Of a DNA stretch of 64,000 nucleotides, positions 32,000 through 46,154 are shown one piece after another; within the stretch, counting starts at the first letter, position 1; each line of letters begins with the position of its first letter. Origin of the DNA: Eledone cirrhosa (taxonomy: Eukaryota). The translations under genes and the position numbers were made by a program. Location: positions 85,374,001-85,438,000 of the forward strand of contig OZ024742.1 in NCBI GenBank assembly GCA_964016885.1, read 5' to 3'. Below the pieces are notes generated by a model that saw nothing but the letters and a program-made list of their open reading frames with translations, was not told where the DNA came from and ran no database searches.

Positions 32000-33650
32000 C
32001 GATATCTTTAATCCATAGCTCTCGCCATATGATCTCGTTGAAACAATCCTTTCAAGGCTGCATTAACTTCTAACAATGTTATCAGTTCAACTATAAAAAA
32101 AGAGGATATCAACATATACATATGAATTTATATGAAGGGTGAGGATTAGGGGTTAGGTTGTTCTGCTCCCAAACATAAATTCGTATATTTGATTACTGGA
32201 CAGAGAGTTGCGTTTTGTTCTTTCAATGGTGATACTATTTGGGTACTTAGACTGTTATTAGAGCATAGTTTATGGGAGTGTTTAATTGTAGAAAAAGGGC
32301 TGCCTTATCAGATATGTCTTTCAAGGAATATTATTTTATGCAGTTATTAATTTAATTCTAATTCTTCTGGTTATTAATTTAATTCTAATTCTTGTTGTTA
32401 TTGATTTAATTCTACCTATTTTAGCGAATCAACACATATTAACAGCAACCAGGCAGTGAAAATTTAAGGATAGGTGGGTATGTTTCAACACTTGTTAAAA
32501 CAAAGGATTTCCGCCTTGAGATGGAAACAGCTCCAGCTCGTGTGAAACAAGTTTGAGGATTGAGAGACATTGTCACTCCACAATATGGATATATATATAG
32601 AACAGTCCTGCTCATATAACAACAGTTCCCCGATATTTGCTCTTCGTTCTCCTTAAAAACAAATATTTAACCTCCAACAATGAGGTTGTTAAGGGCTTTT
32701 AATATCTAGAAAATTACTTGTTCTCCTCATGGAAAGATTAGCCCCAACATTCTCAATTTAAAGAAAAGTAGTAAAACCAACTTAAATATGAAGCAATATT
32801 GCATATCATCAATTTTATTTTCTATACACAATATGCATTTTTTCCTCAACACGGCTACTTTTCAAGAGTTTTGAATGAAAATGAAACAACTTAACGCAAT
32901 TCTTCCTATGCCTCGTTCAGAAATGTTAACAATAGACGCCTGATGGCGGGGGTGTTTCATAATCAATTGAGATCTTGAGATAAAATGCGCTAAAATGATT
33001 TGAATTTACGATCCATAATAATTTCTCTCCACAGACTCTGTTGTCGAATGCCTTGTTATATAAATGCACACACAATCACGCACCGACATTAAACTTATTT
33101 TCACAGCCACTGTAAGAATGCAAGTGAATGTAATTTCTTTATGGATATTGATATCTCGTCTAATTACTATGGTGCCCTAATAAAGATAATTGCGCTTTAA
33201 CTTTATTAATTATCGAGTTAATAATAGCAATTGGTGGAGGCTTCGAACAATGGTGATTTTTCTAATGTAATTCAAGTAATATCCTTCTAATCTCCGCTGT
33301 TATGATTAGTTCTGTAATATATTTGCAAGATAATAAAACAGTTTATCTCAATGACATTATCCTACGAAGCGCTTCATACTTTTATGAATAGAGTTCATCC
33401 GAGCTTCGAAAGTTCTAAATTTCAAGATTCACATATGACATCTATTTTCATTTTTAAAAAAGCCTCTGGTTTCGCCTCATGATTAAGTTTCCAGGGATCT
33501 ATAATGCAATGTTTAATGCAGCCAGGCGCCATATGGGAGATACGGATTCCAATTATTATCAACTATTTTCATAGAAAATGAGAGTTACTGTCTATAATGT
33601 CTGCGTCAGAGTATCCTACATCCTCTCGTATATACATTTCAAATTATTCC
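32000..33650 (-). mobile_element. Very old non-LTR RT remnant (possibly L1/Tx1)
   Basis: KAFD motif near 33050 and a DD remnant near 32805; otherwise decayed. Confidence 0.3.
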
Positions 33651-34373
33651 ACTACACGTACCAATTAAACCAGTGTAGGACACATCGATAAATACCTAAC
33701 ATTATTTAATTTCGACTTGCAACCCGTCTATAATAGCTGATTATCCAGCATTCCTCATAAATCATTTTTTAAATGAGAATTATGATATTTGAGAATGAGA
33801 GAAAAATTCAGTTATTAGAATGTTTGTGCATTTAAACGAAACCTTGTTTCAGTGAAATCAAATTTCAACTGAATATGATTAGATCATTCGATTACCAGTT
33901 TCGCTTGATAGATAGAATAATCCAGTCTTCTTCTTCTTCTTCTTCTTTATGTGTTTAATACATTTGTAAGAACTATCGGAGTTAAACAATATATTTTAAT
34001 TAAATAAATGAATGGAACAACCGACATAGTGGGAAGCCATTGTAAACACACACACATTCACAGACGCTCGCATGCGAACACAAAGGAATATATATATACT
34101 TATAAACGGATATACCCACAAAACCTCAAAGTTAATGACTTAATGTGCAGTTACGCCCAATACGCTGATGTAATAACATATTTGACCCGCAAGAAATAAT
34201 AACTAATACGTTTGTTTGTCTTGTTTAGGTTCGTAAATGATTGACAAATTCGATAGAATTAGTAGCGGATTGAATGCTATCAATGTTGTGCCCTGTGTGG
34301 AAAAATCTACTAACTGACACTAGCAATCGAAGAAATGAATTGTATTCAGTTGAAATTTGATTTCACTGCAACA

Positions 34374-34410
<37 letters not shown>

Positions 34411-34415
<5 letters not shown>

Positions 34416-34475
34416 ATAATAATAAATCTAAAGACTAAAATCCAAACTTTAATCTGTTATTTTAATAAATGTATT

Positions 34476-34510
<35 letters not shown>

Positions 34511-34630
34511 TCGTTAATATAAAAAATTAAATTAAAGTTTAAGCAAAGAATCGGTGCTTTCACCGTTGAGGGGTCTTCTGAAACTCGAGCCCTCTTCGGG
34601 TTTTAGTCTTCAGATTTATTATCATTACTA
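34411..34630. mobile_element. Two tiny two-orientation fragments of the 36537-39895 PLE terminal repeat
   Basis: Segments match 36720-36880 in both orientations; TA-flanked. Confidence 0.75.
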
Positions 34631-34639
34631 TATATATAC

Positions 34640-34687
<48 letters not shown>

Positions 34688-34691
34688 GTAT

Positions 34692-34973
34692 AGTCAGCTT
34701 CTAATTATTACTGGAATTCTATAAGAATCCAGCTTCTATAATTATCGCCGAAAGCAGGGGGGGGGCGTGGTTCTGTTAAACTACAACTACCGTGAAACAC
34801 ACTGTCAACCTCTCTCCGTCTTTCGCCGAAAATAACTAAGTGACATAGTCACTACTTTAACACTGATAGGGTATGGTTTTCTAAATGTCTATAATTAAAC
34901 ATACTGTATATTGCTAAATATACTAAACACACATTATTGTATGCATCGCTATTTCAGAGCACCAATCCTAATT

Positions 34974-34975
<2 letters not shown>
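34692..34975 (+). mobile_element. Mini-element F2, copy b (block B, decayed HHR, block A)
   Basis: GGTT-CTGTTAA-..-GAAACA-cac-TGTC-AACC at 34769-34810 with extended stem I; TA-flanked. Confidence 0.7.
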
Positions 34976-35025
<50 letters not shown>

Positions 35026-35032
<7 letters not shown>

Positions 35033-36378
35033 TAACAGATTAAGGTTTAAGCAAATAATCGCTGATTTCACCCTTAACGGGATCCCACGCAACGCCTGTA
35101 CCCGCACGCATACGATTATATACACAAAATACTCAAATATATATATATATGTGTGTGTGCATGTATACATATAATTAAATAAACGTGTATAAATAAATAA
35201 ATACGTATATAACAAGCGCACACACATACCTACATGTAAATACACATATTTTCGGAGATGTAGGTCAACCAAAACACAAAGTACACATATACCCACATCC
35301 TACATACGTACGAACACGCTTACGCACACAGACGCAAAACTCACGTATACAAAACCAAAAGCACATGTATTAGAAAATATAATATATACGCCAAAACATA
35401 TACAATCAAATATAGGTACGAGCAAGTTTACGTACCTTCACAAAATATACAGGTAATATATACTTACCTATGCAAATAAGTAATGGTATAAACATAACAT
35501 ATACTTAGCTACCACATCAAGACGTAAAAAATCCGCGTATAGTTCGTACTATCCATTAGGGTATAATGTGGGGCTGTAATACAGGAAAGTATTGTGCAAT
35601 TTATGTTTACAAGCCGAAATTGCCTCAGATTTTTTGTTTAAGAAGTGGTCTTTGGCGTAGTGTATTTCCAGGGCCTCAGCGGCTCAGATGTTACATGGTC
35701 TTTTATTTCCGTTATACGATCTAACCCTAGCTAGGATCTTCCAGTGTAACTTATATTGGGTGTGGTTGTCTTTTAGACTCCAGATATAAGCTGAAAGTGA
35801 CGTCATATTCATTGTTGAAGGGTTACGAAAAGACTGGGTATGAATGTAAAGACGCTGCTTGAATCTATTGGCCGTAAACCCTATGTAGGCCCCACGGGAC
35901 GTGGTTGTTTCAACCTTAAATTGGTAGACGATGTTACTAGAGAGGCATTTCCCCGACAGGGGGCAGTCAACCCGATTCCTACAATTTCAGTTAGTACTAA
36001 CTACAGGGATGCACGTGTTTCTACGGCTAGGTGTTTAGCTAAATTTGAAGCTGTGATGTTATGTGCAAGGCTAAGAGTCGTAGAGTAAGACATTTTAGTA
36101 GTATTTCTATTAAACATGTTACTATATTTATGTGTAGGGGGAACATGCTTCATAATAAGGGAGAGAAAGATCATAGCTAATGGTGTGGCCACCTCCATAT
36201 TATATGGTGGGTTATACCATATAATGCGTCGGGATCTATTTCGTCTAGTATATTCTCGTACTCTGTATATGCTACCTTATCGACAAATCCACTCCGAGCA
36301 AGAGCTTCATTGTAATATGTGGAATGGTCGTCGAAAATATGCTCGTGAGTAGATAGACGCGAAAGCCTCAAAGAAACG
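35026..36378 (-). mobile_element. Inverted 3' portion of the adjacent PLE (thumb, GIY-YIG, 3' UTR)
   Basis: Reverse complement of about 38215-39610 plus the repeat tail matching 36728-36790. Confidence 0.9.
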
Positions 36379-36490
36379 GATAGCCAATGGTTTTCTGAAT
36401 GTCTTTAATTAAACATACGGTATATTGCCAAATATATTATACATACATTCATTTATGCATCGCATTTTCAAAGCACAGGTCCTAATTCCA
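36379..36490 (+). mobile_element. Mini-element F2, copy c (3' part of block A)
   Basis: Diverged match to 34865-34975; fused directly to the inverted PLE arm. Confidence 0.7.
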
Positions 36491-36536
<46 letters not shown>

Positions 36537-36541
<5 letters not shown>

Positions 36542-39409
36542 TAAAATAGCAGATTAAATTCCATTACCTCTGCATATTATTTACTTTATTCTTAACTCTG
36601 AAGCCGAGAATCATTCGGTTTCCTAGTTAGAATTCTAGTCTACGACTTCAGTTATAACATTTACGTAGTTTTGATTTGCGTGCAATTTACTTCTGCGTTC
36701 ACAGATTAACTTTGTTACTTTCAGAAGATCCCGTTAAGGGTGAAAGCAGCGATTCTTTGCTTAAACTTTAATCTTTTATTTTAATAAATATTTGCTCTAC
36801 GATTCATATATATATTTGATATATATTTATCCTCATCGAGCCCTCTTTCGATTTTAGTCTTCAAATTTATTATTATTACTATTTGGCTCCCTCGGTTGAG
36901 CACTCTGTTGACTTATATTCATCATGCAGAAACATCATTTGAATATTTCTACAAAGAACATACCAAGCAGGAAAACATACCTAAAATTCCTGATACAGAA
37001 AACAGACGCGTTCATTCAAAGGTTGCGTTGGCGTGCCTTTTATTTCGATAATCAGGGAAAAGCAGACAACAAACAGGATAAATTTGGGTTTAAAACCTAC
37101 AATAACCGTCCGAGTAACCTAGCATTGCTACCCTTCGAACATGATGTCTTGGAACTCATACGGAGTATCAAATTTCGGAATATGAGCGATTTCTTCCAGC
37201 AGGACCCGAAGATTAGAATTCGTTCTATTAAGGATTCTAATGCCGTGCACGTCCATTCCGACACAATTGGCAATCTATATCAAGTGGAGCGCAGTTCTTA
37301 CCAGCAACTGCTGCATAATGCTGTAACTAAGGATTACCGTAAATCTAATCGGAGCGTCATAAATGAAATCCACGATGCTGGGTTTAAAATCACCTCTGAT
37401 CTCAACATCCTTGACCGCAATGAACGTCTGGACGTTTTCTCTCCGCACTTTACCCTGAAGGATCGCAAACCCAATTTTCCGAACAACCCCTCGATTCGGC
37501 TTGTTAAACCTACGAAGTCCGATTTAGGTAGACTTAGTAAAAGGATTCTTTATAGAATTATACCTGAAATTAAAAGTTTGGCCCCCCTTGCAGTGTGGAA
37601 CAATTCTTTCGCGGTGATTGATTGGTTCAACGGCATATGCAGCAAGAGACACTGCCGTTTTATCCAATTCGACATCAATAATTACTACTCCACCATCATT
37701 TTACCACTTCCCCTTAGAGCTTTCAATTTCGCTAAAACACTCACAGTGGTTAAGGATTTCGAAGTTGATGTCATCCTCAATGCCTGTAAGTCGGTGATTA
37801 ATTTCGACGACTCTATTTGGATTAATAAACCTAATAGTACCCCATTCTACGTGAGTATGGGCGCCAACGATTCTGCGGAGGTTACTGTTCTTATAGTCCT
37901 TTTCCTTCTTTTCTCTATCAAGGAAGAATTTCCAACGTTGGCGGTGGTTTGTACCGTGATGATGGTCTTTTGACCATGACTAAGTGCGGCCCACGTGCTT
38001 GCGACAGGTTCAGAAAAGAACTCACAGCCTACTTTAAAGGCTTCAACCTCTCCATACAGGTTGAGGGCAACCTCTCGGTCGTTAATTACCTCGACGTTAC
38101 CCTCAATTTATCGAATGGCTTGCATTACCCGTATAGAAAGCCAAATGATACGCTTAACTACATAAGTAAGCATTCCAACCATTCTGCCAGCATAACCAAG
38201 AACCTGGTAAGAAACGTTTCTTTGAGGCTTTCCCGTCTATCTACTAACGAGCATATTTTCAACGACCATTCCACTTATTACAATGAAGCTCTTGCTCGGA
38301 GTGGATTTGTCGATAAGGTAGCATATACAGCGTAGGATAATAGACCTAGAAGAAATAGATCCCGACGCATTATATTGTATAACCCACCATATATTATGGA
38401 GGTGGCCACACCATTAGCTATGATCTTTCTCTCCTTTATTATTAAGCATTTTCACCCTACACATAATAGAAAATTTTTTAATAGAAATACTACTAAAATG
38501 TCTTACTCTACGACTCCTAACCTTGAACATAACATCACAGCTTCAAATTTAGCTAAACTACCTAGCCGTAGGAACACGTGCAACCCTGTAGTTAATACTA
38601 ACTGTAATTGTAGGAATCGGGTTGACTGCCCCCTATCGGGGAAATGCCTCTCTAGTAACATCGTCTACCTATTTAAGGTTGAAACAACCACGTCCCGTAG
38701 GGCCTACATAGGGTTTACGGCCAATAGATTCAAGCAGCGTCTTTACATTCATACCCAGTCTTTTCGTAACCCTTCAACAATGAATATGACGTCACTTTCA
38801 GCTTATAACTGGAGTCTACAAGACAACCACACCCAATATAAGCTACACTGGGAGATCCTTGCTAGGGCTAGATCGTATAACGGAAATAAAAGACCATGTG
38901 ACCTCTGCTCCGCTGAGGCCCTGGAAATACTCTACGTCAAAGACCACATCTTAAATAAAAAATCTGAGGCAATTTCTGCTTGTAAACATAAATTGCACAA
39001 AGCTTTCCTGTATTACAGCCCCGCATTAGTACGAACTATAGCGCGGATTTTTTACGTCTTGATGTAGTAACTAAGTATATGTTTTGTTTATACCATTACG
39101 TATTTGTATAGGTAAGTATATATTATCTGTATATTTTGTGAAGGTACGTATACTTTCTCGTACGTATATTTGATTGTATATGTTTTGGTGTATATATTAT
39201 ATTTTCTGGTACATATGCTTTTGGTTGTGTATACGTGAGTTTTGCGTCTGTGTGAGTAATCGGGTTCGTACGTATGTAGGATGTGGGTATATGTGTACTT
39301 TGTGTTTTGGTTGACGATGTCTCCAAACATATGTGTATTTACATGTAGGTAGGTGTGTGCGCTTGTTATATACGTATTTATCTATATACGTTTATTTAAT
39401 TATATGTAT

Positions 39410-39445
<36 letters not shown>

Positions 39446-39447
39446 AG

Positions 39448-39506
<59 letters not shown>

Positions 39507-39526
39507 CGAATGTATACACCAAATAC

Positions 39527-39564
<38 letters not shown>

Positions 39565-39895
39565 GTATTTGGTGTATACATTCGTATGCGTGCGGGTATA
39601 GGCGTTGGGTGGATTCTGTATGTGCGTCCGGGTTTTTTTGGTTTTGTTGTACCCGTGCGTGTATTTGTATACATATGGCGAGCGTTTTCGCGTATGCTTG
39701 TGTATCTACGTATATGGATGCGTGTATGTATTTATTTAATATCAATTACGTCTGTATTTTATTTACTTTATACTTAACTCTGAAGCCGAGAATCATTCGG
39801 TTTCCTAGTTACAATTTTAGTCTACGATTTCAGTTATACCATTTACGTGTTTTTGTCTTTGCGTGCAATTGTTCTCCCCGATCCAGATATGACGT
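36537..39895 (+). mobile_element. Near full-length Penelope-like element (Naiad-like) with pseudo-LTRs
   Basis: 36562-36710 repeats 39745-39890. Short inverted stub at 36537-36560; single RT-EN reading frame between. Confidence 0.92.
36924..39067 (+). pseudogene. PLE RT plus C-terminal GIY-YIG, broken into three ORFs
   Basis: STKNIP, RLRWRAF, TLKDRKPNF, FIQFDI, MGANDSAEV, YRDDGL, VNYLDVT, SNH, CNCRxxxxCPLSGKC, NIVY..YIG, CDLC..E, LNKK.E..CKH. Confidence 0.92.
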
Positions 39896-40669
39896 ATTAT
39901 CTTCGTTTTCTCCGTTCATTGCCAGAGAACGTCTCTATGAACCACTTAATAGAATATTAATCTACGATTTCTTTTATACCATAAACGTGGTTTCGTGACC
40001 ATGAGTAAAGGTATAATCCCTACCCCACCCTAAACAAAAACAAAAAAAATTAAAAAGCAAAAAAGCAAAAAAAAACCTGAAATTCTATTATCAGAAAATT
40101 AAAAAGTAAAATAAAAATCAATGATCTGAAAAACTGCCGACACCAATACATACATTCGACTGCATTTGCACTGCTCGAATGAAAAGAATATAATCTCCAC
40201 AGATGCAAAACCCCATCATCAATTACCAAAAATTTCCGTGGAGGAATGGTCTCTTAAATAAATCAAACTCAATCTCAAAATGTTTTTTTCATATCCTCTC
40301 TGATTTATGAAAGTGACACTCTCGAAGACAATGCAAAAACCATGGCTGAAATACTGTAGAAGGAATATTGACCTGTTTTCAGTAATTGTGATATGTCTGA
40401 TTTGGGGGTATATATTATTAATTCTCAGCACACTGTATCGGGCATAACGTTTCTTGCACATGATGTCTTTGCGGCAAAAACGAAATTAAATACAACTCAA
40501 CAATATCACCTGACAGGTTCACTGCTAGTGACCTTAAGGTGTATCGACACTAAATTTAATCTGTTAAGCTAATCCGAGGAGGACCTCACTTGACGCTGGC
40601 TGTATACCTGCACATTTCTTGTCCCAGTCTGCTGTCCCAGGTTTCAAATTTTGAAACAAGTCCTTAGCA

Positions 40670-42170
40670 GTAAATTACCATGCGATCTCTTTCACCTCTC
40701 ATAATATTATGTTATTTGAGAGAATGCAGAATAACTCACTTCCTTGAAAGCAACAATCTGTTGAAATCCAAGCAACAGTGTCTTCCTAATAGCAGATAAT
40801 GCCTAACGCAGCACCTGCATCACTTTGATGACATTTTAAGAGCTTTTGGAGAGGGCACCAACACAGGTGACATACACATTGATTTCAGCAGGCTTTGACA
40901 TGTTTAATCACAACATATTGAAAAATCTTTACAAAATTGTTTTCTCTGGAACGTTTCTTCAATGGATCAAGTGTTCCCTAATAAACAGAGCCCAACATGC
41001 TCTGTTTGGAGTATTACAATCAAGCTCGGTCAAAGTCAGTAGTGGCGTCCTGCAAAGTACAGTGGTGGTTTCACTTCTCTTCATTATCTATATAAAGGCA
41101 GTGGATTCGCAGTATCGGTAGCGGGTCGAACGCCATGCTTTGACTCATAGAGTTAAGACCCTTGCCATTCTGAGTTCAAATCCCGCCAAGGTTAGCTTTG
41201 CCTTTCATCCTTACGGGGTCGATAAAATAAAGTACCAGTAATGTACTGGTGGATTGCTGGCCTTGTGCCAAAAGTAGAAACAATTATCTATATAAATGAC
41301 GTTACTGACATCATCAAGCATTGCAGCATAAGAATCTTTGCAGGTGATTCCAAGCTCCAGGTCATAAATGGAGTGGGTGATATACTTGCTTTTATCCAAT
41401 AGGCAAAAAGAAGTACAGTGAATGGGGATGAATTTGAACTAATTCTCTTTGGAAAAGTGAATTTACTGAAACTCTTATCTTTTCCAGCCTCATCTGAAAC
41501 AGTCGTGACATCAAACATTACCAGAGACGTTGGCATAACTTTTGAAAACACTATAAAGCGAGCTACTCATATAAACAGGAAAGTTGACACGGTTCACAGA
41601 ATGTGATTTTGGATTCTCAGAACTATTCAGTCGAGAGATATCCACATTATTGTGCATTTCTTGTCTACTTTTACACGGCGCCCACACTTGTTCTACTGTG
41701 ATCTCCACACAGAAAACAAATAGGGTTATGAAAGCTGAAGCACCTCAAACCCCCCCCCCCCCCCAACAAAAAAATATTATGGGAGTCTGACTATTGGAGT
41801 AGAGTAGAATATCTCATCCTCCCCTCACACCAAGGACGTTTTGAGCGCTATAATACCCGTGTTATGTGGAAAATATTCTATCAGCATTGGCCAAATAATA
41901 TTGGCAATATCTTTAAATTACACGTAAGACTTGGGCTCCGTGCTCTCCACCCACAACAAATAAAACTCACATCGCTTGACAACATAACGGCACAATGTTT
42001 TCTTCAAAAACTGATCCCGCACCCTCTAACATCAGACCAAAATACATAAAAAAGATAAACTTATCCCATAACATTACAAGATCTCCTTAATCTCCTCCAA
42101 GAAATTCCAGTTAATCCCTTCTAATTCGGTTATGTCTCCCAGAGCAATAACTCTATAACTGAGTGGAACA
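40670..42170 (+). mobile_element. Decayed CR1/Jockey-group LINE RT, interrupted by a SINE
   Basis: FDMFNHNIL, LQWI..NR.Q, VSSGVLQSTVV.SLLFIIYI, then NDV..FAGDSK after the SINE. Confidence 0.8.
41097..41282 (+). mobile_element. Full-length tRNA-derived SINE with 14-bp TSD
   Basis: GGC start, A-box-like segment, B-box GAGTTCAAATC. TSD attatctatataaa at 41083-41096 and 41283-41296. Confidence 0.9.
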
Positions 42171-43326
42171 TATTGTCTAATTAACGATATGAAAGACTAT
42201 GTCAAGTGGTGTTATTACGTTAGACATCGCTTTGGCAAACACTGACTGAAAACTATCAAAGTTATAAAAGTTATATATATATGTGTGTTTGTGTGTGTGA
42301 GTGTGTGTGAGTGTGTGTGAGCGCGTGTGTGTTTGTGTGTGTGTTTACATGTGTGTGTATGTGTGCTTATCTCTGTGTATGTACGTATGTGTATATTTGT
42401 CTATACCTTGAGTATCTACAGTGAATTTTCCATTGAACATTAAATATAATGTGGCCTCTGATACTAAACAATTATCTGCTCCCAATTATCAATAGTATTA
42501 ATCAAATGCGCATCGTATTACTCTTTCTTGATGATTGCAATTGCTTTGAAAACTCTCATAAATCATTGTTCAGTAATCATTTATCACATGATCATATGAT
42601 TTATTATTTATTAATCGTATTATAGGTTAATCAAATAATGTTATTTCAATTACTCAAATAGCCTTACGCAACACATTGTTAAATACCCCATTATGAGTAA
42701 TTATTCCTAAAATGCAATAACTATTATAGCAAATTAGCAAAAATATGACGTGAGGCAAAATGCAATTCTGAATATTCTCAAATACACAATTTTTATTAAT
42801 GTGTTCTTGCATATATTACTAGCTTTTTCGTGTAACTATAGTACGCATTCTGAATATCTCTCTAATCTATATTTATCATTCACTTTATTTCACACTTTCG
42901 CTATTTCTGTGTAATAATGTAAATACGTGACGTTTTAGAATCATGCATTAGCATCGCTTTACAAGTAGATTTCGTAACTAAAACATAACACCTTGCAGAA
43001 CGAACCGAATCCTTTTTATAAGCATTTCAACAGTAAATTTACTTTTTCCGTTCATCTGTAAGATGAAGTACAAACCAGTGTTGAGAAACTGGCGACATGT
43101 TGCTGGAATTGGTTGTAGGTGAACAATATTAACATAAGCAATGTCTGCCTACTTATTGTAACACCCATTAGAAAATTATCAATTCATGAACTTCATATGC
43201 ATCTTGTTGTTGATAATATTGCTTTTTTGCGAAGATGACATGTGATGTTGTTGATCTCGTTGTTGTTTTTGTTGTTCTTGTTATTCTATTTTTTTTTTAC
43301 TTTTCTTATTTTTGTTATTATTATGA

Positions 43327-43420
43327 AGGTTAACTTTTCTTTCATCCTTACGGGGTCGATAAAATAAAGTACCAGTAATGCACTGGATAATTGCTGGCCT
43401 TGTGTCAAAAGTAGAAACAA
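43327..43420 (+). mobile_element. 5'-truncated SINE with 12-bp TSD
   Basis: SINE 3' half; ttattattatga at 43315-43326 and 43421-43432. Confidence 0.85.
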
Positions 43421-44760
43421 TTATTATTATGATTAGCCTTAGATTAGCAGCATCAATAAAACTTTCGACAAAATGCTTTGTCTTTGGTGTCATTTCCTTG
43501 TGTTGATCAGACTTCCATGTTAATTGTGCCATACGCTCAAATATAAATTTAATTGGAAAATTAAATTGAAAAAGAATAATGATCACAAAATAAAACTGTG
43601 ACAAGCTGCTAGTATAGACCATGTATCTAGCTGTTGACAACATCCCAGACACTATCCCGGATACAAATATGAATAATACGATCGGTTTCACCAACGCTCA
43701 CATCACTCTTACTATCACAACTACTACCAATACTGACAAAATCACCGCCGCCACTAACAAAAAACAATAACTGCAACTGTAAAAGTAAAATCAACAATTA
43801 AATCGGCAACAACAATCTAAAATCCAATAACTCTAATTTCACGAAAAAGGATTAAAACAAATCTGACAGCCACACCTCAATCCACGCAGTCACACCTCCT
43901 AATAGTCATTGTACTAGGTAACTATTTAGACAACCAGTCAGCTAAATGAAGGTCCAGTTAGAAAGCCATTCATCCATTCCCGTATGATCCAATAAGCCAA
44001 CTGATCAGCTCACTAGCCAACCAACGAGCAAGCTATCAACCGAATTCATCTGTCGCCGAACTTACATCACCTAACCTGCCAAATGCAGACCGCTTAACTG
44101 ACTAGCTTCTCTAAAAAGCAGAAAGCCACCTCGTAACTCAAACAGCGAGAAAGCCGTTTGCAGGTGCAGTCCAATATTCAAAAGAAACAACATTAATTAT
44201 ATAAAAAAAAAAAAAAGAAATATTCAGTGACATTAATTAAAACAAGCTGTTTAATTTCCATGGAGTAGGGATATCATTCAAGTGAATTTCTAAAGTATGA
44301 TATTGACGGACATGAGAATGAGTATTCAATCATAAAATACAGTTTAAATATAATTTATTAAAGACGTTATTGTTGTGCTGGATTTTCAACTGTGTACTCG
44401 CTTCATCACATATTGACACCGGTATTGTTGAACGTACGGTGACAGTGTACAGTGCACGTACAGTGACGTTGCAAATTACTATATTATTTTGATAGGATCC
44501 CAGATGAAAATATACAAGCAAATGATTCACACATATTTAAAATTAGAGTGCATATTCGAAACATGCCGTTCAAGTTATTCGCGGGAAAAATATTATTGGT
44601 GTATGAATTTAATTGAAAGATAATGTCAAACATGTGCACATCGTTTTGCGGGGACGTGTACGCGTAATATGAACTTATATGTATGTATATATGATTATAT
44701 GTGACCATCTATGTATGTGGTGGCTAGTTCTCTATGGGTGAAATACATCTATGCGCACAC

Positions 44761-44812
<52 letters not shown>

Positions 44813-44832
44813 ATATAACTATTATATATATA

Positions 44833-44926
<94 letters not shown>

Positions 44927-45951
44927 ATAATTGTGTATGACCTCCCGTTTGTATGTTTACTTGTGCGAATGTAACTTGCTTTCAGATGGAATCGGATGAG
45001 CTCCATGACGCGCAGGAAATGAACACTAATTTCGGCTGATACAATTATATTGCTGCCAAGGAAATTGGTCAAATTCGTATTATTACATTTGCCTGTCTGT
45101 GTGATCAACCACCCAAAGAAATATAACAATCGTTTGTTTGTGCAGCCCTTCCAAGTTTAATAAGCATGCAGCTTAATAGATATAATTTCCATTCTCATCT
45201 ATCCCGGGGACTTCTACCTTCAGTTACAATTCACTATAAACAATATGACTAATACAAGACTCGTTTCACGTCATCTCAAATAAAATAATGTTTATTATTA
45301 TATAATATTCACTTTCGTTTTATATTATCATTTATATATTTCATTTCCCTTTTCCGCGTGTTTTACTTGCTCGGCAAATAGGTGAACACCACCTCCACTA
45401 TTTTACCTAAGAAATGCATATTATAAGGCGTTTTGTAAGGCCAATCAATGGTAATTATGTTTGAAAATGTGAACAATATATAAATGTATGTCGACGTTGG
45501 GCAGATTACCAATGATGAGGCTAGTTTACAGTGGGATATTTTATATACACGTATGGCTTTTTACTGTAAATTTCATACAAGTAAACCATTAAATTTGGAG
45601 ATGAATGATGCTAGGGAAATAATTTACAAGAAGGCAATTATTTTAGATCGATCCAATGGATTTACAAATTTTTGAGTGGTACGTAATCCGAAAGAAAAAC
45701 TGAGTATTCTCTAGAGCTGAACAATATTTCAACAAGTCATTTTTAGAATGAAGATATTAATTGGTGATATTTTTTCTTTAAAAATTAGGGTCATGAGTAC
45801 ATTAAAGTAAGTTAACCGATTTCCCACGTTTATTCCACGTTCATTCATAAGACGATAAGGCGCGTACACATCATAAATAGCCCAACCCCCGCAAAAACAC
45901 GTAGGGACACTTGTATATATATATATGTATGTATATATATATATATACATA

Positions 45952-45994
<43 letters not shown>

Positions 45995-46110
45995 GTATAA
46001 ATGTTTCGTATCTCCAGAGAAATACGCTTTTAGGAAGCCATAGCTATGCAAACACCGGGGGGGGGGGGGTCTAACGCCCTCTGGTGATTTCCTGCAGAAG
46101 CAAGGGGGAA

Positions 46111-46154
46111 ACCGTCTATGCATTTCAGGCTTAACTGGCCATCGACAGGACCGT
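46111..46154 (-). ncRNA. Minimal type I HHR, one core mutation
   Basis: ACGGTC-CTGTCGA-t-GGC-cagttaa-GCC-t-GAAAT-GC-ATA-GACGGT. Confidence 0.65.

Noticed and set aside
32342-32415. Short tandem repeats (27-bp x3 here; also near 6519, 27365 and 27447) as a CRISPR-like array
   Set aside because: No spacers and a eukaryotic context; ordinary slippage duplications.
36715-36765. HHR in the PLE pseudo-LTR (CAGAAGA-tCCC-gtta-aGGGt-GAAA)
   Set aside because: The core reads CAGAAGA in both copies that cover it and no stem I pairing was found; a remnant at best.
36924-39067. Selenoprotein-type Naiad (in-frame TGA at Cys positions)
   Set aside because: The conserved Cys positions I checked are ordinary Cys or other sense codons here and at 11765-12333; breaks are frameshifts or TAG/TAA.
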